Part shown: positions 12,450-25,199 of the stretch, in pieces
Position numbering within the stretch: position 1 is the first letter of the stretch
Layout of the letters: each line of letters opens with the position of its first letter
Origin: Hypanus sabinus
Lineage: Eukaryota
DNA: 64,000 bases
Assembly: GCF_030144855.1 (NCBI RefSeq)
Contig: NC_082731.1
Location: 22,072,001-22,136,000, forward strand
Direction: 5' to 3'
Notes under the pieces: model-generated
The model's database searches: none
Seen by the model: only the letters and a program-made list of their open reading frames with translations
Told to the model about the DNA's origin: nothing
Made by a program: the position numbers and the translations under genes

Positions 12450-15400
12450 ACGTGCAGAACCTTAAATTGTCCTGCTGACGGATACACATTGTTTGCACTT
12501 AACGTGGAAAAGTACATTTACAATTCTGTATAGCCATGGGTAGAACCAATATGTCGCTATTTGTATGTGAGGCGGGACGCATAATTTGCGGTCGTGTATT
12601 AGCATTTAAGTTCCTAAAATCAATACGTATACATGATCTAGTTACAGGACTTCTTAAAGTAAGACTACAAGCTAGCTTACCTGTGAATGATATTTCTACA
12701 TTGTTCGGATATGATTGGGCACACGGACAAGTTTTTCCTTAAGTGTATTTGACAAAAAACTCAGAGATACCGCCAATGGTTTCTAACACAATTTCCTCCG
12801 GTGTTGTAACTCGAGCTATGGCTAAAAAGATTGATGTGCAGAATGAGGTTGATACTCGTGACTGTTGAACTCGGGATTCGAATTTTGAGGATGTGTCCGA
12901 ATCTTCCTTACCTTCATTGTTTGAACAAGATTCTTGGAGTAAGTCTGACAATGAAGATCTTTCTCTGCCTCGGAAGGAAATGATAGCAGAACAGAGTAGA
13001 GACCCTAAGCTTATCAAACGAAAGAACAAACTCTTCCAGATAGAGAGATAGGGAAGGTGCCAGTAGGATATTATTTTGAGAAAAGCAGTGTTGATGAAGA
13101 AGTGAAGATCACCTACAATTCCTGCAAGTGAAGAATGCAATCTTGTTCACCAGTTAGTTGTTCGCAAAGTTTATCGAAATGAGAATTTAACTTCAGCCCA
13201 TAGTGTGCCCTTGGGTGAATATCAAGGGGGGAAGAAAATTTTGGAGAAGGGTTTTAAAAACTTTACTGGCCTGGTTTGAGAAAAGATGTGGCGATGATTT
13301 GCAGAGCCTGTCATGCTTGCCTAATTGTAAACTTAAACTTAATCAAGTTAGTCCAGTTGCCTCACTGCAACCTATTCCCGCATTCCGTGAACCGTTTTCC
13401 AAAATTATTATAAATTGTGTAGGCCCATTACCAAAATCAAAAAAACTGGTCATCAATACTTGCTGACTATCATGTGCACTGCGTCTAGGTTTCCAGAGGC
13501 AGCACCAGTTAGGAATCTAACATCAAATACTGTAACGACGGCACTTAAAATATTCTTTAATTATTTTGGCTTGCTTAAATGAATATATTTTGATCAAAGT
13601 AGTAAATTTAAGTTTTGATTGTTTCAACAAATTTATAAATTGGGAGCTAAGCCGATAAACTCGTCTGCATATCATTAGGAATCTTGAAGGAGCCTTGGAG
13701 AGGTTTCATTCTACCCTCAAGTCTCTGATTAGGACATATTGTGTGGAAAATGAAAGTGATTGGAATGACGACAGAAACGTACTTGCATTTGCTGTACGGG
13801 AGTTAGTACAGGTGTCATGAGGTTTTAGTCCATTTGAAGTTGTATTTGGACTTAGAGTTAGAGAACCTTTGGTCTTACTAAAAGAACAAAGGATTAATAA
13901 AGAGGCACATAACAATTTGCTGTATAATGTTTTAATGATTAAGGACAGATTACGTAACGCCAGTGAAAAATTAAAATCGGCTCAGGAGAAAATGTAAACA
14001 TGGTATGATAAATAAGCTAGGATTAGGTCTTTTATGCCTGGAGATAAGGTGTTGGTTCATTTCCAGGTGCAAACGAATCCTTTACATGCAAAATTCTATG
14101 GTGCTTCTGAAACTATGTCTAATGTTCATCATGTAGATTATGTGAGAGAAATTCCTGATCGGAAAGGGCCTACACAACGTTGTCATCTAATTATGATAAA
14201 ACCATTTGATGAGAAACAGTCTACTACTATGACAGTTGTGGTCAATAATAATGATTTTGATCTCATTAGGAACCTCATGGATAATTCATCTGAAACTCAT
14301 TCTGAACCCAGTATTGTTTCTACCATATTACCAAACTCAAACATTATGGAACATATTGCTGAGAAATTAGCTCATTTACAGCCAGAACAGAAATAGCAGA
14401 TGAAACAATTATTATTATATTGTTAATATAAGGATTTATTTTCAGACGTTGCTAGAAGATCCACAGTAGCTTCACATGATGTAGATGCTGGAGATGCCAA
14501 AACCATCAAGCAACATCCATATAGGATGAACACGGAAAAAAGTTAAATTGCTGAGAAAGAAAATAAATATATGTTACAGAATAATATTATTAGATCTTCT
14601 AATTCGAATTCCAGTTCACCGTATGTCAGGGTGCCTGAGTCAGACGGTGGGATTCGGTTTTGTACTGACCACAGGATGGTGAATGCTGTAACGAAATCAG
14701 AAGCGTATCCAATTCCTAGAGTGGATGATTGTGTAGATAAAGCTGGAAAAGCAAAGTTCTTACAAAGATTGTATTAGAAAAACGGTATTGGTGTGTTCTA
14801 TTGACAGATAGAGAAAGAGAGATTTCTGCATCTGTAACCCCATTTGGGTTATATGAACATAATGTTCTTCCATTTGAGATGAAGAATGCCCCAGGTACTG
14901 TCCAGCGGATGATTACTTCTGTGATTCATGGGTTAAACGATACAGATGCTTATATTGACGATTCAGTTACAGGAATGATTCTTTGGAAGCACATATTACT
15001 GTAATGGAGAAACTATATAAAACGTTTTATAAAGATAACTTAACTATTAACCTAGCTAAAAGTGAAATTGGGCATGCCACTGTGTATTACCTTGGTAATG
15101 TTCTAGGTCAAGGTAAGTCAGCTCTTGTTCAGACAAAAATTACGGCAATTTTAGAGGTCCCGACTCCAACCGGGGGGCGGGGGAACTCTCAGAAGATTAA
15201 TGGGAATGGCAGGATATTACCGAAAATTTTGTAAGAATTTTGCTAATATTCCCCTTATACTAACTAACCTCTTGAAGAGAGATGAACAGTTTGTGTAGAC
15301 AGTGCTTTGGCAGGAGGCATTTCAGAACATGAAATCTATGATATGTCATCAACCTGTGCTCGCTGTTGACTTTGAAAACACATTTTCATTAGCTGTAGAT

Positions 15401-16892
15401 GCTAGTGATGAGGTTTAAGGAGCGGTATTACTGCAAAGGAATGAGGGTGACGAGGTTGATCATCCAGTAGCTTACATTTCTATGAAATTTAATGAGCATT
15501 AAATAAACTATTCGACTATAGAAAAGGAATTATTATCTCTTGTTTTGGCTTTACTGCACTCTGATGTGTCTATTGGCACAACTCAGTAACCACTCATAAA
15601 TTACACCGACCATAATCCGTTGGTGTTTCTGAGTAAGATGAAAAAAAAAGGTTTCTAAATTGGAGTCAGATGTTACCGGAGTATAATATTTCGAAAACAC
15701 ATATTAAAGTCTGAGAAAATTTGATTACCGATTGTCCATCTATGTGTTGAAAGTATAATGTATTAAAATAGAGTGATATTTTAACATTTGTAACAATCCT
15801 AATGTATCGTAATTTGTAAGGTGCTATATGATAATACTATGTGCATTGTGTATGTAATAAATTTCATAAATGTGATTTCTTACTGTAAATAGTTAATTGC
15901 TGAAATTCGGCCCGTGACAGACCATCTATTTTTTGGGGGAAGGTGTTACATACCCCGTGGGTATCTTCTGACTATCTTATGATCATGATGTAGTTGAGCA
16001 TCTGCTGAACATGATGTAATGGTCCTGGAATGGTGGGGAATGTAATTTCCCGCCAGTGTGAGGAAACGTGTTGTAATTTCCCCGGCAGTGAGAGGTCATG
16101 TGGTGGCATGTTCCAACAAGTATAAAACGGAAAGCCTTGCTGTGACACAAGTTGTTTTGTTTTGTAATTCGCCAGTTACTCCGTTAGGCTGCGTATTCGT
16201 CTCATGACGCAGTTTTGTTTTAAAGAGGAGTTTTACTTTCTACCGTAAGTTGTACTGGCAGTTTTAAAAATCATTGGCATTTATGTTTGATGTACCTTCA
16301 ATTTAATTTAATGGGCTAATTATGCAGAGTGAAGATTTGCCAAAGTACGGAAACACGGATTATCAAATAAAGTTGGTGTCGACGGCAGTAATACAGGTTC
16401 AGTCTTGTTGGATCTCCGTTCAAAGAGATAGTAAACTGCATCCTATCTAAACTCTGATGAAAAAGCAAAAAAAAAAAAGGATTGGGGCAGCATTATTCCT
16501 CAAGGAAATAGTCAGTTCCTTTAAGCCATTTTTATTTCCTTCTTCGTAAATCCTTCCGGCAAGGCATATTTAGGCTGGGTTCGGCAGCAATGTCATGTCG
16601 ACGAGGAATTCGTTACTTCAGGAAAGTCTCTCCTAATTGATTGCGTAAGTCTCTTGGACTTTCGCATTTAGCACTATTAAGAACTGTGTTCTCATTTATC
16701 ATTTTTAGAACCGTGTTCGCACTTACACTTTAAGAACTGTTCGAGTTACCACATAGCAGTTAATGTCCGGTTAAGTTGGTCATTTGTTTACTTTTCATTT
16801 GTTGTTGAGCTGAGTTTAAGTAAATGTTTCTTTGTTTATAAAGAAAAAAAAAACTGTCTCAATTCTATATTCTTGGTTGTCGTATCATAACA
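12450..16892 (+). mobile_element. Gmr1-like Ty3/Gypsy LTR retrotransposon, degraded (PR-INT-RT-RH order) with 3' LTR
   Basis: Protease-like segment and VVTRAMAK (about 12540-12830); integrase zinc finger, GPLPKS core and PGDKVLV (about 13150-14110); RT SPY...DGGIRFCTD...YPIPRVDD and YIDD (about 14600-14960); RNase H AVDASD, NYSTIEKELL, YTDHNPL (about 15380-15630). Many stops. No 5' LTR seen. Confidence 0.88.
15944..16892 (+). repeat. 3' LTR of the Gmr1-like element
   Basis: Begins TGTTA directly after purine tract gggggaagg and ends TAACA (5-bp terminal inverted repeat). Confidence 0.8.
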
Positions 16893-18142
16893 CAGCACAT
16901 CAAACTATTTGAACGAGAAACGTGGAACCAGGGTATCTCGTATATGCTCAAAACTTCGCATTTGCGAGGCACGTGCTTATGGTGAAGTGCTCACGTATTT
17001 TGTAGAAATAACTCACAATGCATTAGATAATCTATAAGGATTGCTTAATTAAACACCTTATTTGCAATATTACTGAACTATTAAATACGCAGTACTCCTC
17101 CATGTTTTGCTATACATATAGAATGCATAATCAACTGATATATACACATAATTTATAATAAAGTTTATACACAGATATAGACTCCTCAATAAGTTGTCAC
17201 ATTCAGAAATAGATATTCTATAATCGTGAAATATTTTTAATATTGTGGGATAACGACATTCCCGGCCACGGAGCAGTGGGGAGCTATGTATGTACAACAG
17301 TCGAGTTAGTCTTTCTGAGACTAGTGGCTGTGAAACAATTTGAAGGTCTGTCGCTTCCTCCGTTGTGGTTGCAAGGATAACGCTGGTACTGCCAGTGATC
17401 CATATAGCTCTGCAAACTTATCCTGGCCTATCTTCATTGTTCTCCATGATGTTCTTAGTATTTCTAAACTTGCATGTCACACTAGTCGATCTGCTGGTCA
17501 ACGTCAGCCTACGAGTTAAAAATTGCGGCCAACTCTTTAATTTTCACAACGCCTAGACGACCGGAGTTCAGCTCCCACCACACATTTAATCTTATATTGA
17601 ATATTAAATCACCTCCCAATTCGGACATGAGGGAAACCCCGCCAACGGAAACTTCATACCGTCGCTGATTAAAAAAAAAAATAAACTGTAGATTATGATG
17701 CACATTCCAGCCGGTTTGTTGCTATGACAACTTGAGACAGTGCACAATCTTATTTCGTTGCCCCTTGTATCCTCTCTTCTGTATCAGGGGACTTCCGATT
17801 TGCGTTAAGCAGAACACGTCTTGGACTGTTCAGTTCTGTAAAATTTTCAGGCATTTCACCTTCCGATGACCAATCAGACCATGCAGAGCTACTTCCATGA
17901 TTAGTTATCTTCTTGAATTCGTTCTTGTAATTCTCTCACAAAAATGAGCCCTGTTACTTCATTCGGGCTGCTGCTTTCAGTAAAACGCCTTTCACTGGAA
18001 TGAAAATGGGCGCCAATGTGCGCCAATGGTCGGCAGTTATCAGTATTAATTGTTAACTGTCTGACATACATGTCTTCGAATCCAAATGAGACTCAATGTC
18101 ACTCTGTCAATCAGTGGGCAATGTCCCTCTGCACAAGTACGG

Positions 18143-18565
18143 GAAAGTGCCGCAAACGCTATTGCACGTCCACTTCCGCCGCTCGGAACATGTGACATAA
18201 TTGTAAGTGTAACGTTAGGCGAGCCGTCGAAGATAAGTTTCACTGTAGGATATGAATGTAAATGTTTCCGAATAATGTCGAACGGCACCATTTCAGTTAT
18301 CATATGGAAAGCCATCTCACATTGCCTTGTTCTTTTGCCATTTTAAATACCACTGAAATATACTTTACTCCACGAAAGCACTGCCAAGATAGACTTTACT
18401 TTCTCTGTCAAATTTCAGGTTGAACACATTCGGAATTGTGATCACTGCAAGCGAAGTGTTCCATTATATTAAGATCCATAATCGTCTCCTGTCCATGGCA
18501 TAACACCCAATTCAATATAGCAGGACTTCCAGTAGGTTCAGCGACAAGTAGCTCTAAAGTGTCAT
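18143..18565 (-). pseudogene. Decayed IgH-type (VH-like) V relic with leader-like exon
   Basis: One frame from 18444 to 18150: DHNSECVQPEI*QRK*SLSWQC...YISVVFKMAKEQGNVRWLS...TLHLQLCHMFRAAEVDVQ*RLR, then CACTTTC. The Cys (18380) to CGT (18158) spacing is 74 codons. Upstream MTL*SYLSLNLLEVLL, gt donor at 18506, ag acceptor at 18445. Confidence 0.55.
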
Positions 18566-18631
18566 TTCGTGGAGATTGAACAATGCCCGTTTGAGATCCA
18601 TTACTGAATCTGATTTTCCCCATCCACCTGC

Positions 18632-18965
18632 ATGTTTAAATGCCCTTTGGCTATCATAATATTGGTCTTTTGGCAGGATATTTCGATCTCCATTTCTAAT
18701 CTGCATTCCAAATTGCAGCTACTATTTGAAGGCCGGAGCAAACTCGAATGGACAAATGACCTTATTCTGCTTTTGAGTCTTAAAATCTTAGATGGGATAT
18801 GTTTCCGTTGTAATACGTATTAAATTTATGTTGCTATATATCGCCATGGAAATCCCAAACCGACTCAGCGCTCCATCAATGTAACCACTATCGTTTTTAT
18901 GCAGATTAGTAGTCCTTCTGAAACTTAAGCTTATTTATATTATCCTTTTCCTTTCCTGCCCAGTC
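18632..18965 (+). pseudogene. Decayed TCR V relic
   Basis: Hydrophobic 15-codon leader MFKCPLAIIILVFWQ-G with donor mutated to AT. Then, in order across frameshifts: GQMTLFC, LRWDMFPL*YVL, IPNRLSA, QISSPSET*AYLYY. Several deletions are needed and no nonamer is recognisable. Confidence 0.4.
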
Positions 18966-20099
18966 AATTATTTATTTCTTTTGTTACTTGGCGTGATTTT
19001 GGTAAGTGTCCTACATTGTCGCAATTCCTGCAAGTTGCGCTTTAATATAATCATTGCAACGTTGTATCAGATTTCTTGCCGTAACGGTATTTTTTTTTTC
19101 TTTTTCTGTCAGGCCTGTTTTCAATTCACAGTTGCAATTTTCTAAATTGCTATCATCCACTCAGTAGAATTACCCATCTTTTCAGTCTGAGCTGCACCTC
19201 AATTAGGAACCGGTTGGAATATTGCCCTGTAATATTAAACAAAGTAAATATATTTCACTGCATCATTCAACCAATTGCAACCTAGAATGTGCGGTCAATG
19301 CCTTTTGTCCATTTACGTACGAATTGGACTCTCCACTTTTGAAACCCAATGCGATCTGCAATCGATAATGTTTTCCGACCATGCATTATCTTCAAAATAT
19401 GCGGAAAGCTATATTCGGTTTGTTTGTTTAAAGTAGTAAAACTTCTGAGCAAAATGTATGCTATCCCAGCAAGTGCACTCTGCAAACCTGACCTTCATTC
19501 CTCACTGAATTTCCTCTATTAAATTATCTCTAAATACATTCAATTCGCTTAGTATACATCAGACAGTTATATTTTGTGCAATCGACCTTGGCAATCATAA
19601 TGATGTATGCAAACATATCTCCTCCTTTCAAAAAAAAAAGCTATTATCGGCCCGCTTTTACTCTTCAGAAACCCACGAATTCGTCCGTTTCCTGGATTAA
19701 TTTTTAGAAAAAATGTAACGTCTTTCTGCACGTATGAAGAAGAATAATGTGTGCTCCTGCATCGAGCGTGTCGCTGCGTTTTGTTTTTTTTTAATATTGA
19801 CCTGTTCATTTCGCTTTAACAGTCAGGAAGTTGATTCGGTCTCATTGATAACTTCCTCGTCAGCAACGTGTGTTTTATAACTACAAACCTTCAAAAAAGA
19901 AAGAAAAACGTGGAGACAGGAGATAACTCGTGTACCACTTTGGTTTTACTTTTAGCGTATATGAATTCATGACTCTGTGCAATGATGACATATGTCATTT
20001 GCATGGTTCAGACATATAACACGTACGGAATGATTCAATGATGTGAAAAATGCTTTATCATATATTTACTAGGTTACTCAAATATTAATAGCACACAGA

Positions 20100-23000
20100 T
20101 TAAAAACACGCATGGGAAACAGGCGCGTGACGTCAGCCATTTGAGCGCGAACGGTTTCAAAACGGCAGAAAATTTGAAGAAGTTTTTGATTCTGAAGAAG
20201 AAGTTAGCGGGAGAGCACCAATAAATTTCCAGCGGGAAGACATTTTCAGTTTTCGGCAGAAGAAAGAAGCCAGAATGTGCAGGCGCGTGACGTCAGCCAG
20301 TTGAGAGCGAACGGTTTAAAAAATAGTCAGGCATAGCCACCGGGAAGCGTTGCAAGAGTGCAACGGAGTGCGGGGAAGCAGAGCGAAAGGGCTTTGGCTC
20401 CAAGGGCTTCGGCGGTAACGGGAAGAGGTGACGTATTTGTTGATTGCAATAGGAGGTAGTATGTGTGTGGAGCCAGTTTTCTGTGGTCGGTGACAGATGT
20501 GGGGAGACCTGGAGTCTCCCTGCGTCCTAGACGGACACATCTGCACCCGGTGCAGTGAGATACAACTCTTAAGGGACTGTGTTAGGGAACTGGAGCTGCA
20601 GCTCGATGACCTTCGTCTGGTCAGAGGTGTAGAGGTGGTGAGAGGATGTGAGAGGAGGTGGTCACTCCGGTGTCATGGGAGACAGACAAGTATGTCACTG
20701 TCAGGAGAGGGAAGGGGAAGAGACATGTACTAGAGAGTATCACAGTGGTTTTACCCCTTGGCAATAACTACTCCTGTTTGCGTACTGTTGGGGGGACATC
20801 CTACCTGTGGGAAGCGACAGTTGCTGTGCCTCTGGAACAGACTCTGTCCCTGTGGCTCAGAAGGGTATGGAATGGAAGATGAAGGCAGTAGTGATAGGGG
20901 ACTCTATAGCCAGGGGTTACGACATGCGATTCTGTGGACGAAGGAATGAAACTCGGATGGTAGTTTCCCTCCCAGGGCCATGGTCGGGGATGTTTCTAAT
21001 CACGTCCAAGATATGCTGTTGTAGGAGGGAGAAAAGGCAGAGGTCGGGGTACATAGTGGTACCTATGACATAGGTAAGTAAGATTACAGGGAGTTCGCGA
21101 GGAATTTGAAAACTAGGACCTCAAAGGTAGTGGTTTCGGCATTACAGCCTGTGCTACGGGACTGTGAGAACAGGAATAGAATGAGGTTGAGGATAAATAC
21201 GTGGCTGAAGGATTGGAGCAGGGTGCAGGGATTCAGATTTTTGGATCATTTGAACCTATTTTGGGGTGGATGTGACCTGTACACAAAGGACGTTTGCATT
21301 TGAACCCAGCGGGACCAGTATCCTAGCAGGCAGGTTCGATAGAGCTCTTGGGGAGAGTTTAAACTAGTTTGTCAAGTGAGTGGGCATCAGAAAGTGAATA
21401 CAGGGATTAAGGTAGAAGGACAAGGGGATAATGCTAAGATTTCTGAGTTGATGAGGAAGGACAGGCAGGGGACCGAACATAATTGTAGCCAGTTAAATGG
21501 GTAGAATTGTGTCTATTTCAATGCTAGGAGCATTAGGAACAAGGAGGATGATCTTAAAGCATGGATTATTACGGGGAATTACGATGTTGTGGCCGTTACT
21601 GAAACATCTATGGACGATGGGCAGGATGGAAAGGTGTTTTGAAAGGTATAGTATGGGGGGTAGAAAAGTTGGGGGGCGTGGGTTTGCTGGTCAGGTTGTA
21701 ATATCACGGCGGTAGAAAGGGAGTTCAGTGCAGAAGGAGTGTCCACGGAGTCAGTCTGGAAAGACGTCAGAAATAGAAATCAATCAATCGCTGTGCTCGG
21801 AGTAGTCTATAGCCCCCAAAATAGCCCTAGGGACACCGAGGAGCTGATCATCAGGCTCAATTTATAATGGTGCAGGAAATAAAGGGTAGTAGATATGGGT
21901 AATCTGAACTTCCCTCATATTTACTGGCACTTCCTGAGAGCAAGGGGGATAGGTGGTCCTGAATTTGTCAGGTGTGTTCAAAAAAGATTCCTGACACAGT
22001 ATCTGGACCGCGCGACAAGAGGTGAGGCTATTCTGGATCTAGTTCTGTTTAATGAACCTGGTCAGGTGGCAGATCTCTTGGCGGGGGAGCATTTTGGTGA
22101 GAGTGACCACAACTCCCTTAGCTTAAGCATAGCTATTTGAAAGGGATAAAATCAGGCAAAATGCTAAAGTGCTTAACAGAGGAAGGACAAACTTTGAAGG
22201 GATGAGGCAGGAGCTAGAGAGAGTAAGTTGGAAACAGATGTTCAAAGGGGCAAGTACAGAAGCAATGTGGGAGAAGTTTAGCGACTACTTGAGCTGGGTT
22301 CAGGGTAGGTTTTTCCCACTGAGGCAAGGAATAAAATGGTAGTATAAGGAAACCGTGGCTGACGAAAGATGTGAGGCAACTTATCAAGTGGAAAAAAGGA
22401 AGCATATGATATCAGAAGCAGAATGCAGGAGGGGCATACGAGAAATATAGGGTAGCCAGGAAGGAGCTAAAGAAAGGACTTAGGTGAGCTCGAAGGGAGC
22501 ATAAGAAGGCCTTGGATTGTTGAATTAGGGAGAACCCCAGGGCGTTCTATGCGTATGTGAAGAATAGGCCGATAACGAGAACGAGCGTGAGAGCCCTAAA
22601 GTATAAAGAGAGCAACATGTGCCTGGAGGCGGAGGCGTTTGGGGAGATCCTAAATGAATACTTTGCTTCAGCATTCACAAGTCAACAGGATCTTGATCAG
22701 GATGAGATCGAAGTAGAGCTGGACTGAGTGCTGGGCAATGTGGAGATTAAGGAAGAACAAGCGTTGGATCTTCTTAAAAACATTAAGATTGATAAATTCG
22801 CAGAGCTGGACATGATACACCACAGGTAGTTGTAGGAACTGAGACAGGAGATCGCAGGAGCATAAGCTATGATCTTTGAATCTACTTTGGCTGCAGGGGA
22901 AGTGCCAGAGGACTGAATAATGGCAAATGTAGTTCCCTTGTTTAATAAAGGTAATAGGGAGAGATCTGGGAGCTACAGACCGGTGAGTCTTACGTCGGCG

Positions 23001-24360
23001 TTCTGCAAATTACTGGAAAGGGTTTTTAAGGATAGGATCTACGAGCATTTGGAGAAGTACAGTCTACTTATGGATAGTCAACACGTGCTTTGTGAAGGGA
23101 AGATAGTGCCTCCCAAGCTTGATTGAGTTTTTTGAGGAGGTAACAAAATAAATTAATGAGGGTAGGGCAGTGGATGTGGTCTACGTGGACCTTAGCAAAG
23201 CATTTGACAAGGTCCCACATGACAGACTGATCCAAAAAGTCATAAGGCATAGGATAAATCGAACCTTGGCTGTTTGGATAAAATATTGGCTTAAAGAACG
23301 AAAGCAGAGGATAGTTGTGCAAGGAAAGTTTTCTGTCTTGAAGTCGGTGACTAGTGGAGTGTCGCAGAGTTCTGCCCTGGGATCCCTGATATTTGTGATT
23401 TTTATAAATGACCTGGATATTAGAGGTGTATGGATTGGTGAGTAAGTTTGCGGATGACACGAAGATTGGAGGAGTTGTGGATGGAGCTGTAGGTGGTCGA
23501 ACGTTACAAGAGGCTGGAGAAGCTGCAGAGTTTGGCTACAAAATGGCAGATGGAGTCCAATCCGGACTAGTGTGAGGTGATGCATTTTGGAAATACGAAC
23601 CGGAAGGCTGAGTACGGGAATAATGGTCAGTTACTTAAGAGTGTGGATGAACAAAGGGAACTTAGGGATCAAATCCATACATTCCTGAAGTTCGATGCAA
23701 AGGTTGATAGGGTAGGTAGGAAGGCCTATGGGTTGCTAGGCTTCTTTTAACAGGGAAATTGAGTTCAAGAGTAGAGAGGTAATGTTGCAACTCTATAAAT
23801 CTCTGGTGAGACCACACTTAGAGTATTGTGTCCAGTTCTGGTTACCTCATTATAAGAAGGATGTGTAAGCTCTGGAGAGGGTTCACAGGGGTTTTACCAG
23901 GATGTTGCCTGGATTGGAGAACAAGTCATATGAAGCAAGGATAGCAGAGCTGGGACATTTCTCTTTGATGCGTAGTAGAATGAGAAGGGACTTGATAGAG
24001 GTCTACAAGATTATGAAAGGCATAAATAGGATGGATAATCAGTACCTGCTTCCGAGGGCACCAATAGCAAACACGAGGGCATAGGTACATCATTAATGGA
24101 GGATAGTTTTGGGGACACTCCAGGGGTAAGTTGTTTACGCAGTGGCTTCTGAGTGCCTGGAATGATTTACCACGGATGGTGATGGAGGCTAAAACGTTAG
24201 ATGTATTTAAGAGCCTCTTGGACAGGTACATGGATGAAAAAAAAAATGGAGGGTTATGGGGTAGTGTGGGTTTAGTACTTCATTAAGGTTTATATGAGTC
24301 GGCACAACATGAAGGGTTGAAGGGCGGGTACTGTGCCGTAGTTTTCTATGGTTCTCTGAA
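20100..24360 (+). mobile_element. Near full-length CR1 LINE (about 4.2 kb), degraded
   Basis: 5' UTR; ORF1 zinc finger (CTRCSEIQLLRDCVRELE) and SGNH-type VVIGDSIARG; ORF2 endonuclease CVYFNARSIRNK and RT DLSKAFDKVPHDRL, FADDTK; tail ttttctatggttct. Confidence 0.92.
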
Positions 24361-25199
24361 GATGACCGGCATTAAAAAAATCGCACGCCGGTACGGATTG
24401 TGTTAATTTCTGACCTATGTCTACATCAGAACCTTATTGAATATTTGATTAAAGATACCCTATCCGAAAGTACTTACCTCGGTAATATTTTTATAATTTT
24501 GACATCAAAGTATGATGAACCTGCTACACTATTTCAAAGAAACATCTCGGTTGGAGGGGATGGGTGTAATTTTATAAAAGGAAAATACCGTCACTCAGCC
24601 GCGGTTGGTCTTTGGTATTCGGAAAATGGTTACACCGACGATGGTGCTGCACTGATTGCAGAATTACTCCAAAGAGTACAAATTAAAGGAGTTTGTCGAG
24701 AAAATTTTATATTATCTCATATATCATCAAATGGCCTTGAGGAACGCGTTGCGAGAAACGACAGAACGATGCTTTGCTAAGCAAACACATGCTACGGGGC
24801 TTTTCATGTGCGCATATCTTTCTCTTCTTGTAATTGGTTGTCTACTCCAGACACTACGAGATGCCAATCGTGTTCATTTTCTAACATGACTGGCTTTTGT
24901 ATGCCCTTTCTTCTCAGATTTCACGCTTGACTTTGCCGATATTTAGCAGGTTTTATCTTTCTTGGCTTTGTTGCTACTTCCACCTGGAATGGGAATATGA
25001 GGTATTAGTCCGGAGGATTGACAGTAATGCAATGCTTGTACAATCTGTGAAATTTCGGCGTTGTTGAATGAAGTTTCCTAGCTCTTCATATAAGTTCTGG
25101 TAGTCCGTTGGAGAAAAGACAAGTTAATCTTAGTGTTTCAGTTCGGTTTAAATTTGATGTTAGTGCATTCCCCGCAGTTGCATTTAACTGAACATTCCA

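Noticed and set aside
24400-24780. 126-aa ORF with NGYTDDGAALIAELL resembling an NLR-type leucine-rich repeat
   Set aside because: Only one partial repeat, no 28-residue periodicity, no convincing exon context.
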